From: Neoconidiobolus thromboides FSU 785
Lineage: Eukaryota; Fungi; Entomophthoromycota
Assembly: GCA_025603075.1 (NCBI GenBank)
Contig: MU626450.1
Location: 1 to 36,588, forward strand
Direction: 5' to 3'
Length of the DNA stretch: 36,588 nt
In this document: positions 22,701 through 34,491 of the stretch, piece after piece
How positions within the stretch are numbered: the first letter of the stretch is position 1
Layout: each line of letters starts with the position of its first letter
Made by a program: the position numbers and the translations under genes
Notes under the pieces: generated by a model
What the model was told of the DNA's origin: nothing
Database searches by the model: none
What the model saw: only the letters and a program-made list of their open reading frames with translations

Positions 22701-25042
22701 AATGAAGCCTTCATTTTCAAAAAAATTGCTTTTATAGCCAAATTTTCATACAGCCGAAATGAAAAGTAGATTAAAGTGATTGGATTAAAAGTAATGAAAT
22801 ATTGATTTGACCAATTATAGTTCAATTTTTAATGTTTTTTACATTCAAAGAAATTTGATTCTGTAGCTGAGGATTAAACACAAACCCACATTAATTACGT
22901 TTGTTTTCATCCTTTTTATCCCTATTTCCTTAGCCAATCAATTTACTTTTTATTTAATCAGATGTACTATTTCATTTGCTGTTGTTTTTATTAATCTGAG
23001 TTTATAAATTAATTTTAGAGTTAAAAGTAGCTACGTTATCTTTGATTAAAGACTTTGTTTCCTTTTATACCTTTGTTTTATATTTAAATAAATACCATAT
23101 CTTTTAGTTCTTATTTTAGTAAAGATTTGATAAGATCTATCAATCTATAAATAAAAGTTTATGTCATAGTTTTATTTAAATAATAGGTTAGTCAAATCCA
23201 GGTTTATTCATTTGATATCTTGTATAAGTTTAGGGATCTATTTAATGGCTTGGGGATAATATTCACAGAGGAATTTTTAAACCAAGTATATTTACTATAT
23301 TATGGTTTTTAAGCATCAAGTCAAGGCTTTAAGTGTATTGAAATCATTGTTATTATAAAAAATACTTTGTACATTATACATTAATATATAGTTACGTTAA
23401 AAACAGTGGTCATCAAATATTAAACTATCCATAATAATATAACGTTACCCTAGACAATTTTTTATCTTGATTTGGCACTTATTATAATTCAAGTTATAAT
23501 AAATAAGCAAACCACAAACCGATGATATCGTTAAATCAAATGTTTGATTTTAAAATGTATTTAAGTACCATAAAAGTTCAGCTAAATATTATGACTAGGT
23601 ATGTTTGAATTATGAAAGGTAGTTTATTGAATGAAATCAATAAAGATGAGTATAATTAGTATATCATTATATAATATTTTTAATTTATTTTAATAAAGCA
23701 TAGTAATAATAAAAGTAAGCACTAAAAATTTTGAGTTACAACACTTAATATTAGAAATATTAATTTATAAACAATATGCTATAGATTTGAGTTTAATAGA
23801 AAGAGGAATAATTATATCTATAATAAATTAAATTATTAAATCTTTTTATTCATATTTTGTTTCATATTTGAAGTATAATAATATCATCCAAATAAAGTAA
23901 CAAATTGTAATTTCATATTAGATCTTATAGGTCGGTAATGTATTTACATCAATTTTCCACCCAGTTATTAAAATAATTGTTATTCTACTGAGTTTTATGA
24001 AATGCAATTTACTAAATTTAGAAATCTTGTAAAACTAAGGTTGATTTTACGTTTTTTGATAAAGATGTATTTTTTGTACAAAAATTTAATAAAAAAATTT
24101 GATACTTCAAATATTTTATGTAAACTTAATTGGTAATTCCAAGCTCAAAACCTAGTGCTATCACGTTTCGTTTTATTTTTCTTAGCTCTTAATGTTTAAT
24201 ACTTTAAAATCTCTATCTATTTTTAAAAGTAAAAACAAACACAAACTGATTTTTAAAAACTAAAAAGAATACACAATGTTTTAAAAATTAAAAAATTTCA
24301 AAAGCTAATAACTCTTAAATAGAATAAAATTATACCTCTAGTTATAAAATTAAAGTAATTAGGATATATCAATATGGATTATATTAAATTCAAATATTAT
24401 TTCCACTTACTAATTTATGCCAGTTAATCCAAATAAAATAAAGCCAAGAAAATAAAAAAATTAAATGTTATTTTTATATAGCCTTATAGATGAAAATAAG
24501 TGCACTGGAACTTAAAATTGTAGAAAAGCCATAAATATAAAAAACTGTCAAATGGGAATAGTAAAAATATAAAGTTATTGTTAAGTTAGAGATTTTTTAA
24601 AAGTATAAAAATGTATAGAGTATAAACAATACACTTTTTAAAAATTCTTTATCAAAGAAAAACAAAGATATAAATAATCTACAACATTATATCCTAAAAC
24701 CTCTTATTTAAAAAAACATGACTTGTAGCTCTAAAGATCTATTAAAATAGGTATGACAATGTATATCAGGTAAATGAAATAATATAAGTGGTGGAAGATT
24801 CGATCAAGCTTCAGTAATATTTTATAAGAGTAAATTTTTTTCATTAATTAAACTAAGTTTTTCAGCCGCTTACACACGCCATTCTCCAGACATGCGTCAT
24901 CCACCAATTATGCTATAAATAGGTGGCTACATTTTATATTCACAATTTAATCTTAAAAATGTAAACAAAATACAAAGATTTTTGTAACTATGGTTTTTTT
25001 GATAAAGAATTTTGGATAAAGGTACCCAATTACAATACTACA

Positions 25043-25152
25043 ATATGAGGGAGGACATTTTTTTGGCTTCATCACTTTTTCCATCTTTTAGGCACTATCT
25101 GAGCGAAAAAATTGTTAATAAAATTCTTAAACACAAAAATACATCCCCATAT
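25043..25152 (-). mobile_element. MITE-like element, copy 5 (reverse orientation, small insertion in one TIR)
   Basis: ATATGAGGGAGGACATTTTTTTGGCTTCATCACTTTTTCCATCTTTTAGGCACTAT...AAAAATACATCCCCATAT. Confidence 0.72.
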
Positions 25153-26424
25153 ATTAACACTATTCCTTGTTTTTAACCATAAAAAACAGTTGCTGTTGTG
25201 CCCAAAAAATGGTTTTCTTTTTAATCAAAAAGTATGACTATTTGTGAAAGACCCTCATAATAACGGATAAAGGACATTATAATATCAATAATAAAACATC
25301 AACTAATTAGTGTTCAAAAACATTAAATACATAAAGCTATAAATATCTTTTTTATAAAGCAACTTAATTATTCGAAAATCTTTAATCACTTTGAACTTAA
25401 CGTTAAACTACCTTAAATAAAATTGCAGATTGTTTAGAATTGGGATCACTTTTTTTTAAACATGGCATTTTAAATGAAACAACCCAAATCATTTGTAAAA
25501 AACGTGAGTTTGAAGTTTTGGCCCCTTAGAATATTAACAAAAAAATGAGTTAACTTGACTCAGCAGTAAACGTTATAGTAACTTGACTCAAATTATGTTA
25601 TCTCATTAGACTTAACAAAATAAAATAATAAATCAGCGGTCAAATTTTTACTATTTAATTCTTTAGTTAAATTGTTTATTTAAAATTATTTGTATTCTAG
25701 AAGTTAAATATAATAATTACATAAAATTAATAAAGGCTAAAACTTATTTTTATAAGATGATCTAATTTGACAAAAAAAGCCGCGCACTAATTTATTAGAA
25801 TCCAAAATTATTAGCCAGAAATTCAAAACTATTAAGCTAATTTGAATAGTGGCGAAGGATTAGATAATTTAATAGTGATTTTAAGCTATCAAGCACAGGT
25901 ATCTAACTATTTTTATTATAAAAAACAAACTTTAAAATGATTTCTTATTTATCCTAAACTCAGTTGATTAAATTGGATTTCTCCGGTCAGGTGTTAATGT
26001 GAATTTTTAGGATTTAGTTAGGTGAAACAATAGAACTTAATTGATTAATTTATTTATAAAATTCAAGTTATAGAATTTAATTGGCTGATTTTTAGCTTAA
26101 AACCCTCAATGAACAAATATGATTGGTTTATTAAAGTTCATACTATTGATTAAAAAAAGCTTAGGGTATTGCATTAATTGCATAATTCTAGTGTAACTCC
26201 CCAGTACAAAGTCGATCTTTTTATTTCAATTCCCCAACTTTCAACACCTTTCAAATTCATTTATTAATCCAATTCAGCTAACGTTGCGTTCTAGTGTATA
26301 TAGTATATTCCATCTTATTGTTTTAACTCAACACTTTTTGATCAATTTGTCCCTTTTTATTTATAGTTATTCATTTGTTATTTTATATTTATTTTAATAG
26401 AAGTTATTCCCATTCTATTTTACC

Positions 26425-27579
26425 ATGTCAATAAATTTAACTAGTTTTATAACACTGATGTTCGTAAGTAATTGCCATTCTAAACCATTGATTGATAATA
26501 GTCCAGAACATGTACTCCCATTAGTTATATTATTCAGCTTTTTGGGTCTGGTTACCCTATTAGTATTATATGTATTAATACGATTGGTATTAAGTCTCAA
26601 TTTATTTTTTAATGTGAATGATCCAAGAAACTTTGAAGGTTGGACTGAAGAATCAATACAAAGTTATGAGTTAGCACGTGCATTTGAACAAGCTCATCCA
26701 CCCAACTCAATACCTACGGACATTACACCCGAGCTTCGTCAACTTATACAAGAAAAAGGGGTATTTGCTTGGCATTTTGGGGGAGATTTAGATTTAAATG
26801 TGATTGTTAATGATAGAACCGAGTTAACTTTTTTGGGTGGTGATAATTGTATACAAACCAATATACCTATACCAAAACAACAACCTATTTATTATTTTGA
26901 AGTTAAAATGTTTGAAATGTCAAATACTACTAAAGTAGCCGTTGGTTTAGCTACCAAACCATATCCTTCTTGGAGATTTCCTGGTAAGTTTTTATTCATT
27001 TTTTATATTGTTGAATCCATTTATTAATAATTAATAGGTATGAATAAAAATTCATTGGGGTACTTTTCAAATGATGGACGTAAAAGATATAATGATCCGT
27101 TCTCAGGGCAAGAATTTGGACCTACTTATTGTGAAGGAGATGTGATTGGATGTGGTTATCGTCCACGCTCAGGTACTGTATTTTTTACCAAAAATGGGGT
27201 TAAAATAGGAGATTCTCAAAGCGGATTCCGATATAATTTATTTCCAACCATTTCAGCGGATGGACCATGTCAATTACATGTTAATTTAGGACAAATGGGC
27301 TTTGTATTTATTGAAGCTAATGTAGGTAAATGGGGTTTAGCGCCATGTGAAGGCTCTTTATTACCACCACCTGCTTATGGACAAGTTCGAGATTCTATAT
27401 TATTAGAATGTGCTTTGGAAAATCAAAATTTAGAATCTAGTTCCCATAAACCACCTTCCTATTTAAATTTCAATCAAAATGTACCAGAATTGAGATTGAA
27501 TGTGAATTCACCACCACCTTCTTACCTTGAGCCTAATGAAGATTTACCACTTTTAGCGGATTATGATTCGGATGAATAG
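26425..27579 (+). CDS. SSH4: Ssh4/Ear1-family SPRY-domain membrane adaptor for Rsp5/Nedd4 ligase; 2 exons
   Basis: N-terminal hydrophobic segments, then YYFEVKM, VAVGLATKPYPSWRFPG|MNKNSLGYFSNDG, GDVIGCGYRPRSGTVFFTKNG. The C-terminus has PPPAY and two PPSY motifs. Intron 26984-27037. Confidence 0.88.
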
Positions 27580-28069
27580 TATAGATTAGAAATAGTAAAA
27601 AAAAGTTAGTTATATATAATTATAAAGTTCCTTTTTAAAATATTTAATACTTGAATTCAAATCAATACTATTTTTGTAAGATTAGTGATGTTTATTTAGT
27701 TATTAAATTTTATTAAGATATAATAAAGTACAAACTATGCCTTTTGTTAATTAAATATTTACTATTGAATTTTTATTTGAATTTTTATATTATTTTTTTT
27801 AATCTTTTCTTTTAAAGCAATTTCATTTTTATTAAATTTTGTTTTAAAGTCTAAAATTAAGCCTAATTTTAGTTTTAAATTAACCTTATTCTTAAATTTT
27901 AAAATAATGATTTAATTTTTAAATTTTAAAGTTAATTTATTTCTAATTTACTAAATATAAAATGAAAATATAAAAATATAAAATAAAAATATAAAATAAA
28001 AATAAATTAATTTATAATTCCAATCTACAAATTCCATATTTTTAATACTTTTATAGAACAAATTATCCA

Positions 28070-29585
28070 TTACACTGTCACTTTTTTTATAGAACAAAAT
28101 AAAGTATGAATAATACCATTATCTAAAGCAATAACAACATTTGGTCCTTCACTTTTATCATACCTTATTTCTTCTAAATTGTCCTCATTTATATTCTTTC
28201 TTTTTAACCCATTTTCATTTTCATTTTCATTATTAAATTTATACTGTAATAATTCCAATTGAATATTTTTACTTGACTGATAGCTCAATAAATTCCCAAC
28301 AACACAATCAATAATCCTTGTATTAAAATCGATAGAATGAATACATTGTTTTTCATAATAAAAATTTAGTGATTGAGATTGAGATTGAATAATTAATAAT
28401 GAAGCTTGATTATAATTTAATAAATGAGGTCGATAAGCAACTATTTTAACTATATCTAGTTTTGTTTTCATATAAAGTTGTGGCTATTAATTTTATTATA
28501 TTAATTAGAATGATTCAATACAATTTTTCTTAAAATAAAACAAAAACTTACTTTTCGATAGGAATCTAAATAGTAAATATCTCCTAATGAACTTGCAAAT
28601 AAGCTGATGGGTTCAGACCTAGTTTCATTAATTACACCAAAATAAGATGTACATACCTATACAAAACAAAGAATTACTTTAATTCAACAAAATAACACTA
28701 TTTATAATAAATTACCCAAGTTATTGATTTTGCAAACTTAATTTCAAATATAAATACATTTTTACAATAAAAATAAACTACATTTGTATTATTTATTATA
28801 CAATGATAATTTATAATTAATCCAAATTCATTTTTTAAACTAATTTGATAAATTTGTTGAATTTGATTACTATTTTCTTTTATTATTGTGTTTTCTTTTA
28901 TTTAAATATTAAAACAATTAATATACTAATATATAAAATTAAGTCATATTACCTTGTTTATATTCATCTAAAATATTTCTTTGATCAAAAATAGGTTGTC
29001 TCCATAATCTTGAATTTTGACTATAACTACTAAATTTACCCAAAATACTACCTGTTAATAAACAAGTAGAAGATCCTAATAAAACAAGTTCAAATTTACC
29101 ATTTCATAAAAGATAATAAAAACAAATAATAAGCCTACCATAATTATCATTATCGAAATACAACGATAAAATATTTTCATTAGATTGATGTTTAGCTATA
29201 ATTTCTAAATTCGAATAAATAATCACTTCTCCTTGATTATCTGAACAAGCTAAATCTTGTAACTTTTTTCCTTTGGAAAAATAACCAGTAGTTAAACAAG
29301 TGATAGGTCGACTATTTTGTGTTAATATAGTATAAATCTATTAGGGTTAATAATTAATAAATTATCATACTATTTTATATCAAGTCTTTGATAAACAAAT
29401 AGATATATTAATATAGAACTTACTTCATCCTCTTTGATTAAATAAATTTTACCACTGGAAGTAGCTACAGCTAAATATGATTGAAATTGATTATTTGAAT
29501 AAGTGTAATTTCCTATACTTAAGCTAGTTATATTGCCTTCTTTTACAAGTTCAATCTCTCTTTCTTTTAAGATTTCAAGTTCCAT
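28070..29585 (-). CDS. Uncharacterised beta-propeller-like protein (ITFG2/BBS2-like repeats, tentative); about 6 exons, about 390 aa
   Basis: Short GT-AG introns join an open frame: ITSLSIGN...YLAVATSSGKIYLIKEDE|IYTILTQNSRPITCLTTGYFSKGKKLQDLACSDNQGEVIIY...|GSSTCLLTGSILGKF...|...|VCTSYFG...LFASSLGDIYYL...|PQLYMK...VVIALDNGIIHTL. The repeated hydrophobic-strand/xxG turn pattern suggests propeller blades. Confidence 0.6.
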
Positions 29586-29706
29586 CTTTTATTTATTGAG
29601 TTTTTGAAAATCTACAAAATAAAAAAATGAGAAATGCAAAATGAAAGTCAGAAAAAAAAATCAATTTCATTTCTCTCTCTTCTTTTAAAAAAACAATTCA
29701 TACAAA

Positions 29707-30358
29707 ATGAATAATAAATCACAACAAAATAATATATTAGAAAAGGATTTGGAATTAGAAAAGAGAGCAAGAGATGTTATTGATATTGAAAAAGTAAGTG
29801 ATACTTTTTTATAATTAAAATATAATATTAAGTTATTTTATTAATAAAATATTATAGCAAATATTAAATTTAATGAATTTAATGATTAAAATGTTAGCTT
29901 CTATACCCACTGATTTAGATATCAAAGAAGAATTATGGGATGAACATGATGAAACAATTGTTGAAAAATTATTAAAAAACATTGATGATTTTGGCAACTT
30001 AGTTGAAGTAAGTATTAATATTATTTAACTAAATAATAAATAATAAATAATAAATAATAAATAATAAATAATAAATAATAAATAATAATTAACAATTATT
30101 AGTCTTTATCGTCTCAATTAAGAGAACATTTTACATTTTTTCATAAAAATGGTATAAGAGATCGAGCCTTACCAATTAATGTTGCTCGTAGTATTAAATT
30201 ATTAGATAATTTATTAATGAATCGAATGATTGATTATTTAGAACAAGATATATCCTGTCAATCAATTAATGAACAATTATCTTTTAAAAGGTATTAATCT
30301 TTATTGAAAAATAAAAGTAAATATTATTATTTATTTGTTTATTATTATAAGGATTTAG
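29707..30358 (+). CDS. MED11: Small helical protein resembling Mediator subunit Med11; not in the ORF track because exons are short
   Basis: Exons are 29707-29793, 29858-30007, 30103-30290 and a tiny last exon whose 3' end is uncertain. The protein reads MNNKSQQNNILEKDLELEKRARDVIDIEK|QILNLMNLMIKMLASIP...DDFGNLVE|SLSSQLREHFTFF. The R...DIEK.I..L and F...VESL..QLR pattern recalls Med11. Confidence 0.5.
30030..30085 (+). repeat. Perfect tandem repeat (TAAATAA)x8 inside intron 2 of the Med11-like gene
   Basis: Eight exact 7-bp units counted from 30030 to 30085. Confidence 0.95.
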
Positions 30359-30593
30359 TTATTATATATAAAATAAAATAAAATAATATAATATATATAA
30401 AGATTTCATACAAAAAATATCAAATTCTATAATGTTGTATTTATTAAAAATCAACTATCTAATAAAAATAGTAAGATAAAAGAATAGATAGAGAATAATA
30501 AGTTGAATTCAATTTTAATGAAGTTTTAAATTTTAAATTTTAAAAGATAATAGATAAATTAAAGTTTATCTAAAACAAACATTTATAAATTTC

Positions 30594-33325
30594 TTATGAA
30601 TTTATAACTTTGTTTAAAAATTCTAAGTCATTTAATTCTTCTGATAATTTGTCAATTGTAATTATTTCATTCAATTGAACTTCTTCATTTTGTATATTTT
30701 CTATTTCTTCTATATTTTTAATATTAACTATTGTCTGTTGATTGTCCATTAAATCTAACATCTCATTGGATACTTCCTTTTTTTTATGTAATGGTTGCAT
30801 CATAGCTAACATAAATTCGGATGCCAATTGAGATACAGGTGGTGCTAAATGACCTGGCAACATTAAACTGCGATTGAGTTCATTACTTAATTTATGAGTA
30901 TTTTCATTAATAGAATTCATATTAAGTTTATTATTGGAAGTTTTATTATTACTTTGTAACTTAATTGATACACTAGACCAATCATCAATGTCTATAATAG
31001 CTGAATTATTATCTTGAATATTAATTGAAGATATATTATTATTATTGTCTTTAATTGATTTTTCTGCTTTACAAAATAATTTGTCTTCTGAAATAATGAT
31101 CATATCTTCTATTTCATTTAAATTGTTATTATTATTATTAAATTGATTAACATTAATAATATTCATTGGCAAAAATGGAAGTGAAGTAGCATAAATTGGA
31201 GTTGGAGAAATTGGATTAAATGTTAATAAAAGATCTTGAGCAAATATAGTAAATGTTTTTGAATTCAAATGTAAATTTAATATTAAATTGGATGGAGAAA
31301 TAGCTAAATTCCACCAAATTTCACCAGATATTAAATTAAATACTACTAAAGAATATTGTCCAATTGTAACTAAAAATGGTGTATTAGGTATAAACATAGA
31401 CTTATATAATATTCCAGCTGATGGACAAGCTATATATTGTTGTAATGTCATTGTAATTGGATCCCACAGCGCTATTTTATCTTCGTAAGTAACACTTAAG
31501 ATTGAACCATCACTACTGAAATTTAAATAATTGGGATTACAATTATTTCTATAAGATTGTTGATTACAATTCCAATTATAATGAATGATATCATTTTCTA
31601 TTTTTGTATAATTCCATAATTTTAAAGAACCATCCAATGAAATGGAAGCTAATGTATGTTTATAAAAACACATAGATTTAATAGCTTGTTGATGTGGATT
31701 ACGTATTTCACTTATTAATAAATATTTTAATTGTTTTCTATCCCATTGCCAAAATTGTAAAAATGATTCCATATTAATTGACGTTAATGTATCAAATTTA
31801 GTAAACGTAGCCATCCATTCTCCATCTTCAGTAAACTGAACTTGAGTAATGATTGGTTTACTCAAATCATCTTTGATTCTATTTAATGATAATGTACTAA
31901 TACTTCCTATTACTCTTTTTATATTTAAATCATAAAAATCAATATTTCCTTCATGTCCTGGTAGTACTAAATTATTTCGATTAGGTTCTATTACAACTGA
32001 GAAATCATTATTATATTGAATAGGTCCTGACCAAGTATGTTTTAATTGAAATGTAGTTGGGTCAATTAAGGATACTGCTCCATCGAAATATCGAATAGCA
32101 TAATAAGATTGATCTTGAGAACAACAAATATATTTAATATTATCTCTTAATCTTGGCACATACATTCTTTCTTTATTACTAAGTGTCCAATTAACTAATA
32201 CTGCTTCATTACCACCTGATAATAAAGATAATCCATCCGCTGTATAACATATAGCATTAGCACCTAAACTATGCCAATGCATTACATTACATGGTCCACT
32301 AATTTTATAAAAATTCTTCTCTGATTTTAACTCTGATTGATAAATAATACCTTTCATTGCAATAATCGAAATTAAAGGTTTAATTGGATGAAAAGCAATA
32401 TTCGTAGGTACTTGTTCTTCATTACGAATAAAATTAAAGAAATCTAATTTATTACTAATTGATATTACTTCAAAATTAATCAAATCTAATAAATAAACAT
32501 CCATATCTAATTTTTTACTTATATTTGGATTATTGTAAACAGTAGCTCCTAAACTTGGTATTGTTGAATGTAATTCAATATTATTAATATATTTATTAAG
32601 TTGAATGGAACCTAATAAATTTAACTCAATATCTTGGAGTGAATCATATAGCATATGTTCTTGGATTTCTTTGTTCATTGAATTTTTTTTGTTTTGTTGA
32701 ACTCCTTTACCAAATTCGATTACTAACAACTCGTTATATGTTTCTCTTTTTATTAATATATAAATTTTATTTGGTGAAGCTGCTGTTGATTTTACATTTA
32801 AAATATCACAATTTAAATTCCATTCTAAAGTATACGATTTATTACTTAGATCACGAATATGTATTCTACCATCTGAACAAGCAATAAATACCTATTTATG
32901 TTAAAAAAATAGAAATTAATATTTTAAAAAATAAAAATAAACAATAATACCTGTTTAGGATTGTGATAAAGTGGACCAGCAGCAATAACTTTAACATCAG
33001 CTGGTAATTTAAAAATACTAGTTTTTAATTTTGATTGTACATTAAAAACTTCTACTCGATTTTTTTCCGGTATACATAACATTTTATTATTTAAAGTAAA
33101 AAATGGTCTTAATTCATTTTCCATGATATGATCATCCAAATTGAATACATTAAAGCTAGGACAATTTAAATCTTGTAATTTTAATTCCTGAACTTCACTT
33201 GAATCCAATTTATTTCCAGTTCCATTCATCTTACTACCCTTTTTTTCCAATATTGGCTTGGAGTTACTCAAATTGCTCCCTTTATTCCGATGAACTTGAT
33301 TGTTATTGATACTCTTGACTTTCAT
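30594..33325 (-). CDS. UTP17: U3 snoRNP/SSU processome WD40 protein Utp17/Nan1/WDR75; 2 exons
   Basis: Intron 32892-32950 joins PKQ|VFIACSDG in frame. Contains the family motif HWHSLGANAICYTADGLSLLSGGNEAVLVNWTL...YVPRL and multiple WD repeats (FLQFWQWD, LASISLDGSLKLWN, FSSDGSILSV). Confidence 0.88.
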
Positions 33326-34491
33326 ATTGATTCTATAAGATGGACCAAATGGAAGGGTTAATTTATAAAAGTCTTATAAGATGGAATCAACTATTATGGG
33401 AATTAGATTGAAATCAAAAATCAATTCTATCTCAATTCTAAAATTTTATTTTGCATCAAACTATTTTAAATTGAAGCTAACTTTCCAACTATTGCAACTC
33501 TTTTGCGAAATTTTTAGTTGTTCATTTGGTAGTTAAATTCTCATTAAATTTTGGATAAAATAGGAATAAGTATCTAAAAATCCATTAGGTAAATAGCTTA
33601 ACTGTCAAAATTTTCACTAATCAGTTTAAAAAGAGATACAATAATTGCGTTATGATTTTACAACTTAGTCCTTTGGGATTATAATCAATGAGTATACATA
33701 ACTTATTTTTTTCATTTAATCAAAATATGGTTCAATTCCACTTTATTGTAATCAACTTTAATGTTCAAAGGGTTTGTTTATAAAATCTGGTAAGTTTTTG
33801 AAATTTTTAATAAATTCTTTAACAGTTTTCTATTTCAAATTAGACTTCTCTATAAACTTAATAAATGTTTTGATTGGATTTAATGAAACAATAGAAAGTT
33901 AATATAGTTGTTCATTATAAATTTAAAAAATAATAGGAAATTTTATTGTATAATGTTTGTTAGTAGGTATTACATAATAATTTAAATAATGGCACTTTTT
34001 TTAAAACCTTAAATTTTCATTACATTAGAATGACTATTACTTATTCTAGATTCATTATTTGATTATGAACTCAAAGTTAGCTAAATTATTAGATTCGTGA
34101 TAGAAATGATTATTTGAATGTAAAAATTGTTAGTTTGTAATTTTTTATTTAAATTATAAAATAATTCAAATTTTTATAGTTAGTTTAAGCCAAGACAATT
34201 TTGCTAAAAATACTTCCTAGCTAAAAATAACTATTGTCACAATTAAGCTTAGAATGAGAATTTCAAGCAATTCAAAAGAAGCTTTAATTACTAAATTTAG
34301 AAACTTAAAGTTGGGGTGAATTCTCAATTGTTAACCAATAAAGTTACATGTAATGATTAGAATATCAAAATAGAACTTGTTTAGTCATCTTTAATTATTT
34401 TTTATAAGTTAATTAAACTAGTGAGTAAAATTAAGTATCTTTATAATGACATTAGTATTTATAACATTAAGTAGATAATAATTTACGAACT

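Noticed and set aside
5133-32887. Short ORFs antisense or off-frame to real genes (5133, 9698, 9938, 10818, 13831, 16979, 21274, 22004, 22429, 26415, 31288, 32639)
   Set aside because: These are shadows of well-supported coding sequences on the other strand or frame.
33334-33385. TATAAGATGGA direct repeat just upstream of UTP17, and RRPE-like AAAATTTT motifs upstream of UTP17, TRF4 and the helicase
   Set aside because: AT-rich words are expected by chance at this base composition, and significance cannot be judged without a background model.
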